Source of the DNA: Azolla caroliniana
Lineage: Eukaryota > Plantae > Polypodiophyta
DNA length: 64,000 bases
Assembly (NCBI GenBank): GCA_043228905.1
Contig: JBHGNT010000010.1
Coordinates: forward strand, 13,144,001 to 13,208,000
Reading direction: 5' to 3'
The position numbers were made by a program, and so were the translations under genes. Under the pieces are notes generated by a model. That model searched no databases. It saw only the letters and a list, made by a program, of their open reading frames with translations, and was not told the DNA's origin. Shown piece by piece: positions 1 through 10,608 of this stretch; the stretch's first letter is position 1; each line of letters opens with the position of its first letter.

Positions 1-1790
1 TTCGGCACAGTAAACTCGAGCCGGATTCCCTTCGAGCGACAGTACTCCTGGAACTGCCCCCGGTATTCCCCTCCGTTATCCGCTCGTATCGCTTTCAGCT
101 TCTTGCCGGATTCCCTTTCCACTCTCGCGTGGAGTTCTTTGAAGACGGACAACACTTGGTCCTTTGTCTTCAACGGTGCCGTCCACAGCTTCCGGCTGTG
201 ATCATCAATGAATGTCACGAAGTACTGGGCTCCGCCATGTGACTTCGTTTCTACCTGACACACATCAGTGTGCACTAACTCCAATGGTGCGCTACGTCTC
301 GTCGGTGGCCTTGAGTGGAAGGAGGTTCGGTTTTGCTTACCGGCCAGGCAGTCGGTGCACTTCTCCAGGTGCACATGCTTCACTGGAATAAGGTTGTCTT
401 CTGCAAGCCTCTTCATCCCCTTCTCACTCATGTGGCACAGTCGCTTGTGCCACAGCTCACCGGCAGCGACGGCTGCCACGTTCAGCTCCTCCGGACATAG
501 CCGGGAATTCATCAGGTACAGAGTGTTGACCTTCCGGGCCCGAGCCACTATCAGGCTCCCCTTGCTGAACTTCATGACACCGTCCCGGATGCTACCCGTG
601 TAGCCTTCATCATCTAGCCTCCCGGCCGAGATCAGGTTCAATCGGACCTCCGGAACGTGTCGCACATTCTTCAGCAGCAGCTTGCATCCGGTTGATGTCA
701 TCAGCCACACGTCTCCTATGCCGGCAATCCGGCATGTGCCTTCATTTCCCATCCGGACACAGCCATGTTCACCGGCTGTGTAGGATGAGAAGTATTTCTT
801 CTCCGGGGTCAGGTGGAACGACGCTCCGGAATCGACCACCCAGGTCATCTCTTCACCGGCAAGGTTTAGCTCCGTCTCTTCGGTAATGAGCATTATCTCT
901 TCTTCACTTGCCGCGAATGCCGTCGTTCCTTTCCGGTCCTGCCCTCGCCGATCCGGACCTCTCCGGTCCGTGGCTCCCCGGTATGCACCGTTTCTCTCCG
1001 GTGACTTCTTCGAATCGGTGTCGTCGGCTCCGTTGTCCTTTCGGTAATGCCGACAGTTCTTCCGGAAGTGCCCCGGCTTCCCACAGTGGAAGCATGTTGG
1101 CCTTCCTCTTGACTGCGACCGGGTCCCCGACTTCTCCCGTCTTTGCGGACTCCGGTTCCACTGTCTTCCCCGATCCGATTCGGTAAACAGCATCTTCGGG
1201 TCGGAGGCCGGTTCCTTATCTCTCCGACGCGCTTCTTCATTCAGAATACTTGTCTTTACCGTTTGTAGGGACAAGTTATCTTCGGTGCAGGAGGTGCTGA
1301 GAGTCACCACCAAGTTCTCCCAGCTGTCCGGCAATGTACACATCAGGATGATGGCTTGCATTGCATCCTCCAACGGGAACTTGATCGCCGCAAGCTGATT
1401 CACGAATCCCATGAACGTGCTTACGTGTTCTACCATACTCTCGCCGTCCCGGTACTTGAGGTTCACTATCTTCCTCATCAGGGAGGTCCGGTTCAACGCA
1501 TTCTTCCTCTCATAGAGGCCCGACAGCTTCTTCCACATCTCATAGGCGTTCGTATCGTTCGCCACATGTTGCAGGACACTTACATCGACATATTGCCGGA
1601 TCGTCGCTACGGCTTTCCGGTTCAGGAGCTTCCACTCCGACTCAAGTACCCCTTTCGGTATTTCCGACCTGTCAATCGGTTCGTACAGGTCCCGAACAAT
1701 CAGAAGATCCTCCATCTTGATCTTCCAGTCGGCGTAATTCTGTGCATTCAGCACCATCATCATCGGCTGCCCGCTGCCGCCGCCTTCCAT
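1..1790 (-). CDS. gag-pol polyprotein (partial: gag, zinc knuckle, protease, integrase N-half) of element A
   Basis: ATG at 1790 (MEGGGSGQPMMMVL, as in C). The ORF track lists no stop-terminated piece in this frame, consistent with an open frame running off the window. Confidence 0.85.
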   Translation of the reverse strand, partial: MEGGGSGQPMMMVLNAQNYADWKIKMEDLLIVRDLYEPIDRSEIPKGVLESEWKLLNRKAVATIRQYVDVSVLQHVANDTNAYEMWKKLSGLYERKNALNRTSLMRKIVNLKYRDGESMVEHVSTFMGFVNQLAAIKFPLEDAMQAIILMCTLPDSWENLVVTLSTSCTEDNLSLQTVKTSILNEEARRRDKEPASDPKMLFTESDRGRQWNRSPQRREKSGTRSQSRGRPTCFHCGKPGHFRKNCRHYRKDNGADDTDSKKSPERNGAYRGATDRRGPDRRGQDRKGTTAFAASEEEIMLITEETELNLAGEEMTWVVDSGASFHLTPEKKYFSSYTAGEHGCVRMGNEGTCRIAGIGDVWLMTSTGCKLLLKNVRHVPEVRLNLISAGRLDDEGYTGSIRDGVMKFSKGSLIVARARKVNTLYLMNSRLCPEELNVAAVAAGELWHKRLCHMSEKGMKRLAEDNLIPVKHVHLEKCTDCLAGKQNRTSFHSRPPTRRSAPLELVHTDVCQVETKSHGGAQYFVTFIDDHSRKLWTAPLKTKDQVLSVFKELHARVERESGKKLKAIRADNGGEYRGQFQEYCRSKGIRLEFTVP

Positions 1791-1806
1791 TTTCTGTGTT
1801 ACCGTC

Positions 1807-1818
1807 GCTCTGATACCA
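1807..1818 (-). promoter_or_regulatory. Primer-binding site (tRNA-iMet) of element A
   Basis: TGGTATCAGAGC on the minus strand, 3 nt from the LTR end. Confidence 0.95.
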
Positions 1819-1821
1819 GTT

Positions 1822-2490
1822 TGTTGAAATTCCGTGCTCGGCCACAACCGAGGAACAGGATCGATTCGCAGAAAACGGGAAATACAAGAATGCACGAAGA
1901 ACAACAGAGAGAAGAGCACACAGGATGTTTACGTGGAAAACCCTAAATGGGAAAAAACCACGGGAGTCCTCTAACTCCAACTATCACTATACACAGAGAT
2001 GTACAATGGTGAGGCTACAAGGCAACAACCTTGAGCTCGCTGTCCTCGCCACAGGCGGCGGTATTACACAGAGGCGTCGACCTCTTCCTTCCCCTTTCTC
2101 TCTCTCACTCTCGCTCGGCTGCTCTCACTTTGCTCCCTCTTCGTGGAAAACAGAAAATGAGCAACAACATAAACTGTTTGCCCTAAGTCATATTTATACT
2201 TATATGACTTTCGGGCTATTTACAAATATAGCCTCAAGGGCTCTTGGCAAACATATTCACAAATATGTCCCCGCATCCGGATCTCCCTCCGGGTACATTC
2301 AGCATCCGGCTCCGTAGCCGGGGTATTCATCATCCGGCTCCGTAGCCGGAGTCTTCAGCATCCGGCTCGTAGCCGGGTCTTCATCCGGCTTCATGCCGGG
2401 TACCCTTCATCCTCCGGTTCCGTAACCGCAACCGGGCTTGCCGTCATTCGTATCCGGACATCCCATCCGGAGGGACCGTAAATCCCAACA
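1822..2490 (-). repeat. 5' LTR of element A, with tandem CATCCGGCTCCGTAGCCGG repeats in U3 (~2300-2440)
   Basis: TG..CA termini; minus-strand TATAAATA near 2191-2198; homologous to the LTRs of M and C. Confidence 0.93.
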
Positions 2491-5400
2491 TAATTATCTA
2501 ATGTGACTCCATTAATCTTCAATTCATTACCTGCAATTTGGATATATATTGTAGGAAATTATCTCTTTATTCACCCATTTTAGTTTTTGATGTTCTTGAA
2601 AATGTTAATTCTTTGGAAGACATGCATATTGGATGGGCTTAATTAGGGATTCCTCTCCCTAATTTAGTGACTTTTTCTTGTCAAAATGCTTCAAGTCCTA
2701 TTAATTAACTGATTTCCATTCATAATAGAGGAGAAATTGCTTCTAAACTTAGATGTAAGTAAGGAGGAATTTCCTTTCTTTCCATTGATCTTGTATGATT
2801 AAGCAGTAAATTGGACTAAATTAGGAAGAAATAATCTCTTCTTTCTCCCTCATTTAGTCACAATTATTCGGTTAGAAAGCCTAAATAAAATTCTTTAATC
2901 ATTGGATAGATCACTTCTTCCTTCTCCTCAATCTATGGAAAGGAGTTATTGCAGAAAATTGCTTCTTTATATCTCCCTACACTCGTTTTCTGTTGAAATA
3001 TTGCAAAACTTGGAGGCATAAGTAGTTTCTTAGTTCTCCCTAGTTTAGTCTTCTTTGTTTCATCGAAGAATAAGCTTTATGGTCAATTGATTTAATGTGT
3101 TCTATATACCACACTCTTACTCTCTTCTCAAGAATTCTTCAATGATTATTAATTTGATAAAAGCTAATTATCGGTGATTCGGTAGAGATGTTAAATCACC
3201 GCCACGATGCCATCCAAGATTGTTTGGAGTTTTTCCTATTGAATTCATCAAAACACAAATTCCATTAATTTATATGCATAAATAGACAATTGTATAATTC
3301 AACATGTTACATGTATGGTTTGGTTATATGTGTGTATATCCCTTCTTTAATATAACAATGTTGGTGGCAAATAGAGACATTGATAGGTTGTGGTGGCTTA
3401 TCAAAGAATAGTCTCTTCATTCAAGAGCACGCCTATATCACAGGTAAAAGTTCCATATGATGCTCTTTATAATTCATTTCTAATGAATAATAATTTTTTC
3501 CTCTTAATAGGGATGGAATGCCATTTGCTTAGGTAGCTAGCTTCCATTCAAATTTGTCATTTGGTTATGCTTATCATTCAAACAATCTCTTCCTACATTG
3601 TTACATCACACGATTTCCTTATTCACATATTTAACATTGTGAATTCATGAATCTAGGAAAATATAAAAGACAACTTCGAATCTCTAGAACTTGTCATACT
3701 CAATCAACTATGCCACGCAAGGAAGCCCCTTATGGGATAAATATTGTGTGAATAGACAAGCTGGGAAGTCATTTGGGAACTATTATTGGGATTGTAGATT
3801 ATGTGGTTTTCATGGGTCTGGGACACTAACACGTTTAGTTGCTCACCTTGCTGGAATTAAAGGTGAAGGTATAGACAAGTGTGTGCAAGTAACTCTAGAG
3901 GCATATCAAGAGGCTATGGCAGTAGCACAAGAAAGTGAATTGACTCGCAAGAAGTTAAAACGCATTAAAGAAGTGGAAGCCATGGAACAACAAATTGAGC
4001 TTCAAGAAGGCATTGTGGATTCAATGGTTGATTCAATCTTCCAATCACAACCTTCAATGGCTAGCATAAGTGCCTCATCTAAGAAGGATTCAATAGACCA
4101 AATTCCTATTGATATTGAAGATACAGAAGGTTCAAGAAGAAAAGGTCTCACTCAAAGCACGATAAGGAGAGGATCAAATGTTGCTATGTTGATCAAGAAA
4201 GACCATGCAAACACAATGTTGGTTAGATGCATTGTGGAAGGTAATCTATCTTTTAATCTTTTGAAAATGTCATGTTGGAGGAACATGTTGTTAGCTTTCT
4301 CTGATATTGGGGAAAAGTATAGTGGTATTAACTACAATGATTTAAGAGCTAAATATTTAAAGAAAGAGCATTTGAATGTGCAACACAAAGCGGAAAATGT
4401 GAAAGCCCTTTGGCCAAAATATGGAGTTACCATACTTTCAGATGGATGGATTGACACTAGAAAGCGAGCACTTGTGAATAGTTTGGTCTCATGTTGTTAT
4501 GGCACTATGTACCTTAAAACTATTGATTGTAGTGGTGTTTCTACAAGGGTCGACGGTCCATGGTTGGCTGAAATGCTATCAACTGTAATAAATGAAGTAA
4601 AAGTAGAAAATGTGGTGCAAATTGTCACTGGCAATCATCTAATTGTGTTAGCATGGGTCACATTCTAGAGACTAAATTCCCAAACCTTGTATGGACTCCT
4701 TGTGCATCACATTGTTTAGATTTATTGCTAGAGGGTTTGTGGGTTGTTACTAGAGGGAAGTTGTCTTGGGTTCGTGGAGTGCACAAGAGACCAAATTATG
4801 TGGTTAGACTATTCCCCAAGAAAAGGAATGCACAAAATTTTTTCAGCAACAATTCATCTCTTGTTCTCCTTAGGCCAAGTGCCACTTGATTTGGCTATAT
4901 CCTTATTGTCCTTGAGAGGCTGGCAAGAGTTTGGAGAGCCCTAGAACAAATTGTGGTTAGTAACTATTGGGAGGATTGGAGTGACTCCAAAAAGCCAGAT
5001 GTTGTCAAGGTGAAGTCCATTGTGCAAGATAGCTCTACTTTGCCTTCAATTATGATTGTAATTTCGATTATGCGTCCATTGTTTTCTGTTTTGCGGCTAA
5101 CTAATCGTGAAGGATCTACAATGGGCTTGCTTTATGAGTTCATGAGGAGGGCTAGAGACACATTGGAACGAGGAGCAAGAGAAGACACATTACACAAGGA
5201 CATGTAATATGTTTCTATTCTAATATTATTATTTCTATGTACTATGTAGTATGTACAATTGCTGTTTATTGCATCTTTTTTCATTTCTTTGAATCATTGT
5301 TGTTGTCTATATTATGCATATTTCGGTAACTAATTTCCAGTTTTGATTTAAGTTTGTCAAATGTTAATGCAGATATAAAGAGGTTTTGGAATGTTTTGAT

Positions 5401-6879
5401 TGTCATTGGTATGGCTTGCATATATTCAAAAAGTATATTCTATAGATGAATGTGAAATCTTGCAAGATCAATTTGACATGTATAGAAATGGTGTGGGCCG
5501 ATTTAGCAATGAGCTATCAAAGTCACACATTGCAAAATGTAAACCTGTTTCATGGTGGGAAAGATATGGAGACAATGTGCCCTTACTACAGTCATTAGCT
5601 TGTAGAGTATTGTCTCAGGTATTGTAGCTCATTTTTTTATTAATGTTTCAATTTTATTAATCTTCTACAATGACATGTATTGTTTGCTTAATACTTTGTG
5701 TCATAAGATTGCTCTTCTGGAGTTGCTGAAAGAAATTGGAATGCACATGCATTGGCACATACAAAAAGGCGGAACCGTTTGAAGGTGAAACAAGTCGAGA
5801 GATTAGTATATGTTAGAGAAAACTTAAGGCTTGTTCGAAGCTTTCAAACTCATGCAGGTCTTCCAATGCAGGTTTACATCTTTCTTACTCATGTTTGACA
5901 CTTGAAAGTTGATGTTTAGAAAATCATTTGTAGGTTAATTAACGAACCTTGTTAATTGGTAAATATTATTTGATTTAGGTAAATCCTGATGAGATAGACA
6001 TTGACAAGATTGCTGAAATGCCTCCATCAACAACCAATATTGATACTCAAGTCACACAAGCATATTTTGAGGAAGCAGAGGCTATGCATATTGGTCGGGT
6101 TACTCGAAGTAGATCTAAGTTTGCCAATATGATAGTGGATGAAGGATTGGTGGGATCAAGTTCTAGCACTATTAGAAGAGTTTGCGCGAGAGTTGCAAGT
6201 ACAAGAAGGGTAAATAATCAACAAACTACAATTGAGGCTTGCAATGCTGAATATGGAAATGATGATGGAGATCAAGAGGATGAAGACATTGCCAATGCCA
6301 TAGTTGATTCATCTTTTGATAGTGATTATGTGGACAACTATGATGATACAACAATGGAATCTTCTAATGATGATGTTGAAGAAGAAACATAATCGAAAAT
6401 TGCATGGATTGTTGGTTTTTACATATTTATTTGAATTTAAGAACCAATAACTATGAATATGAAGAAAGTTTTAAATTTTAATAGTTTTTTTATTACTTTA
6501 TTCATTTTCTATGAGGATTGAAATAATATGTGTTTTGATTCAAACTTCAATTATGTTCTTGATTCTTGAATCTCCACTTTCATTTTAAAATATGTATACC
6601 ACATGTATTGAAACATAGATAGTGTTATCCATGGGAAATAAAGATAATTTGTATTTACTATATAGTAAATACTATTCAAATCCCAGTATCTTTGCATTCA
6701 ACATCACGGGTGTTAAAGTATTCAACGTATTCAAAACGTATTTAATGTACTCAACATACTCAACGTATTTTAGCTTTAAATACGTATTCTAAGAACTTAT
6801 AAAAATAATTTAGAATACTTATAAAATACGTAACATACGTATTGATCGCGTATGGTATGCTACCCATGTTACAACCATG
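2491..6879 (+). mobile_element. hAT-superfamily DNA transposon (left end not identified; probably interrupted by element A)
   Basis: Transposase pseudogene; subterminal CGTATT/AATACG repeats at 6720-6856; abrupt junction ...GTTACAACCATG|GTTCGCTC into a copia gag at 6879/6880. Confidence 0.7.
3691..6392 (+). pseudogene. hAT transposase (BED-like zinc finger, DUF659/RNase H-like core, C-terminal hAT dimerisation domain), intron-containing, frameshifted
   Basis: Motifs WDCRLC..HLAG, ILSDGW, WTPCASHCLDLLL, SWWERYG..PLLQSLACRVLSQ, SSGVAERNW, KRRNRL. GT-AG introns at 5619-5707 and 5872-5978. Frameshift near 4635, TDN motif reads TGN, internal stops. Confidence 0.9.
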
Positions 6880-7998
6880 GTTCGCTCTATGTCTCATTAC
6901 GAATAGTCCACCATAGTCGTCATATTCGGAGTTGGTGGCGTAGTTTGTGAGTTGGTGGCTTGTGGAAGCTGACTCATGCTTCTTTTTCGGCACTCATCTT
7001 CGCGATGGCCGATCTTCCCACAATAGTTGCAAGTAAGTGGCATGGTTTTCCAACCTTGTTCAACATGGAAGCTCCCCCTTCTTCAAAAGGTTCCTCGATG
7101 GCTTCCGTCTTCATGTCGAAGGTTTGAGTTCCCTTCGTGAGATGGGCCGAACGACCTCTTCTACCACTGCGACCTCATCCTCGGCCACCATCCGAATTCG
7201 AAAAGAACATTTATCCTTTCGACGTCTTAGTCTTGGTTTAGATGTGGTTCTCTTCAACCAATAACATTGAATGAAGGTCGAAGAACAAAAGAGGGTTTTC
7301 TCTCACCAAGATTGTCGTCCTTATCGGATTGAACCGTTGTGCGAGGCCGCCCAAACACACTTGCACCATTTCGTTCTCTTTAATGTTTATGTTGATGGAG
7401 CTAAGTGAGTCGCAAATGCTCTTGATCTTGGCGGTGTAGTCCGACATAGACATATCTTTTTGTTGAATGTTGTTCAACTCTTGCCTGAGTTGAAGCTTGT
7501 GTGCGGTCGTGTTGGCAACAAAGATTTTCTTCAAGTTCTCCCATACTTCTTTAGGCGTCTTGGCGTCTCGAATGTGGCTAAGCATGTGGTCATGGAAACA
7601 TGTTGCCAAGTAATACATTACCCGACTTGCTCCTTGCTCCCATGTTGGGTAGTTGGCGTTTGTGATGTTGACTTTATTTTCGAGTGCGTCGTTTATGTAG
7701 CTCCAATACCCTTGGCTGATTAGGTATTGGTTCATCTTGTAATCCCAAGATGAAAAATTGTTGTAGTCTAACTTCTCACTAGGGTGCGAGCTACCCATTT
7801 GTGTGTTCATGTTGATGTAGTGTCTTCCTTTTTGACATTCCTACCTTTGGTCATGTACACGAGCTACATAGCAGCACTATAGTAACGGATAGCCGGATTT
7901 GTCATAGGCGTCTTGAACACACAATCACTACGAGTTGGGTGGGATTCGTGGATATGCTAAACCATATGCTCTTAAACCATGTTAATAGTTAGGTAATT
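6880..7998 (-). pseudogene. Copia family-2 gag fragment (element B) with degenerate iMet PBS (7968-7979) and ~20 bp of LTR
   Basis: ORF 7238-7810 (SEKLDYNNFSSW..HIRDAKTPKEVWENLKK, gag UBN2-type); CWYCGKIGH zinc knuckle; GCTCTTAAACCA followed by TGTTAA. Confidence 0.85.
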
Positions 7999-10093
7999 AA
8001 GTGCATTCTCGTTGGCTACTTAGATGAGCAAAAGGGTTATAAGTGTTATAACCCCCAAATGAAAGAGGTTTGAGTAAGCCGAGATGTCGTTTTCGACGAG
8101 TCAGCTTCGTGGTACTTGCCTCAATCTACAACCCCCATCCACTCCATTCCAAATTCTGAGGATGAGGCTAGTGAGGCCGAGTTGCTCCTGAATGAGGAGG
8201 CAATCGGAGCTCTGGAAGAGAGCCCGCTTTCATTTCGACTAATTGGGCCGAATGAGCGACTGAGTTGAACGGACCAATCGGAAGTTGAGTCGGCAAGTAG
8301 TGGAGACTCGGTCGTGCAGTCCCCATGCCGGAAATGGAGGAGACGGTTTACGTGCAAGGAGAAGGGGAAGATGAAGATGCCATAGTATGGCACAGAGGCC
8401 GAAATATCAGATCGAAGCGAATCCGACACGGTCGAATGCAAAGAGGGACCTCCGAAACGAGGTTGAAATCGGCCAAGAAGGCCAAGAAATTGGCAAACCA
8501 AGGATTGCGTTGATCCACCCACCAAATGAATCCCGTAATTCGGTACAGATACAACAAGTATATGATGCATCATTATGCATATATGGCGAAGGTGGCAGAT
8601 GTGCGTGAGCTGGAGAGCTACGCAAAAGCGGCGGAGGATGCAAATTGGTGTGCCACGATAGAAGAAGAGATGCGAGCATTAACAGAGAACGAGATTTGGA
8701 ACTTGGTTAGATGCAGGTGGGTGTACAAGGTCAAGTACAACACCGACGGCTCGATCAACTGCTATAAGGCCCGATTGATGGCCAAGTGTTATGCACAGAA
8801 ACATGGCATCGATTACGATGAGACCTTTGCACCGGTCGCGAAGATGACAACCATCCATGTATTGCTTGTGGTAGCTGCGGCAAAGGGGTGGCATTTACAT
8901 CAGATGGATGTAAAGAACGCATTCCTGCAAGGTGATCTTGAGGAACAAGTGTACATGGTACAACCCCGTATTTCTATCCGAACGGAACACCTCGATGGTT
9001 TGTTGATTGAAGAAGTCACAATACGAACTCAAGCAAGCCCCGCACACCTGGAATGCGAAGATCATGCAACGCTTGCACCGGATGGGGTTTGCTCCGTCGG
9101 AATCAGACTCTTCATTGTTCATTCGGCCGAGTCGGACCAGACCGATTACCATTCTATTATATGTCGATGATCTAGTCATCACCAGTGCCGACCTCAGAGA
9201 AATCGGCCATGTAAAGTCTTAGCTTGCGGTATTGTTCGAAATGAAGGATTTGGGGGAGCTTCATTACTTCCTCGGGATCGAAGTGATCCGAACCCCCGAA
9301 GGCATATTGATTAGCCAACGCCGCTATGTGTTGAATATGCTCTTCAAGTTCGGGATGACGGATTGCAAATCCGTCTCAACCCCTCTGGACAGAAACGTGA
9401 AGCTTCGCCAATGTTCGGGAAAGGTGTGTGACCCGACATGGTTACGAAAAATGATCTAAAGCCTCATCTACTTGACGATCACTCAGTCGGACCTCAGTTA
9501 CCCGGTCTGCTTGATCAGTCAATTCATGTCGCAGCCAAAGGCCAAACACCTTCAATGCGTGCAAAGGATATTGCGATATGTCAGCAACACTAAGGATAGG
9601 GCGTTGCTATATTGGGTAGGGGTAGCCGAAGAGTTAGTCGGCTACACAGATGCCGATTGGGCTGGAAATGTTGGCGATCGCAGGTTAACTTTTGGATTCA
9701 CGTTTTCATTGAGAAGCGTTGTGATCACTTAGAGCAGCAAAAAACAACCAACAATGGCACTCTTGAGCACTGAGGCTGAGTATCAAGGGGCGGTTGTCGC
9801 TACATGTGAAGCCATTTGGCTAAAAAGGCTATTAAAGGATCTGCAGGTGGAGGTGTCTGAACCAACAATGATATACTGTGACAACGTCAGTAGTATCCAA
9901 CTCGCAAAGAACCCTGTCTTGCACGCTTGGATAAAGCACATTGAGGTGCACTATCATTTTGTCCGCGAGCGAGTCCCCTTCGGTAAAGTCGAACTTGTGT
10001 ATGTTCCAACTAATCGGCAAGTGGACGATATCTTCATCAAACCTCTTGGCCTAGAGAAGTTGCGACATTTTTCGAGTATGCTTGGGTTACAAC
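7999..10093 (+). pseudogene. Degenerate copia pol (RT and RNase H) of element D
   Basis: ORF pieces 8526-9170, 9007-9222, 9232-9459, 9472-9732 and 9754-10170 carry copia RT/RH motifs, broken by stops and frameshifts. Confidence 0.92.
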
Positions 10094-10556
10094 TATTATC
10101 GCTAGGGCCGGACAATGGCCTAACACAGGGTGTCCCTTTGAGACACTTCACCAAAGGGGTGTTGCGGTGAGATAAAGTTAGACCGACTATTAATGAAACC
10201 CAAATTGGTTACTAAGCGGCAAGATCATTAGTCACAATACACGCGTAAGATAAATTACACTTAGCACAGAACGGTAATTAACAATGATTATGATACAGAA
10301 CAACAACACTCTATTAATTATCCGCTAATGATTACAATCTAACCGGGCCCTTTTATAGGTCTCCGGCTCTAGGTACAAACCGAGTCCAATCGGCAACCGG
10401 CTACGAACCGGTCCGGATCCGGATCGGCATACCGATTCCGGGTCCATCCGTTCGCTTCTGAAAATCATAATAATTCTATATTACATATATAATCAGCTCC
10501 CGGTTATTAATTATCCCCTTCTTCCATTCTAGACTTTCCTTGACGGTAGGTTAACA
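10094..10556 (-). repeat. 3' LTR of element E
   Basis: TATTATCGC..GGTTAACA; minus-strand CCTATAAAAGGG TATA box near 10348-10359; homologous to 19359-20515. Confidence 0.9.
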
Positions 10557-10558
10557 CA

Positions 10559-10575
10559 TGGCATGCCCGTGGGAC
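10559..10575 (+). promoter_or_regulatory. PBS-like motif (tRNA-Arg type), oriented opposite to gag-pol, at the PPT position
   Basis: TGGCATGCCCGTGGGAC, 2 nt after the LTR CA; compare the plant tRNA-Arg(UCU) PBS TGGCACGCCCGGTGGGAC (recalled; one substitution, one deletion). Confidence 0.7.
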
Positions 10576-10608
10576 ACTACCTTCTACGTCAAATCCCACA
10601 ATCCGGCT

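Larger units (their letters stand above)
1..2490 (-). mobile_element. Ty1/copia LTR retrotransposon, Tnt1/Tork-like (element A), 5' half; runs off the left edge of the window
   Basis: 5' LTR TGTTG..CAACA at 1822-2490, tRNA-iMet PBS, and gag-protease-integrase sequence highly similar to intact element C (28897-34229). Right flank TAATT is the expected TSD. Confidence 0.95.

Noticed and set aside
2491-3690. Hidden gene or separate element in the AT-rich stretch
   Set aside because: No ORF of 60 aa or more, no termini or TSD recognised; left as probable hAT 5' region of uncertain origin.
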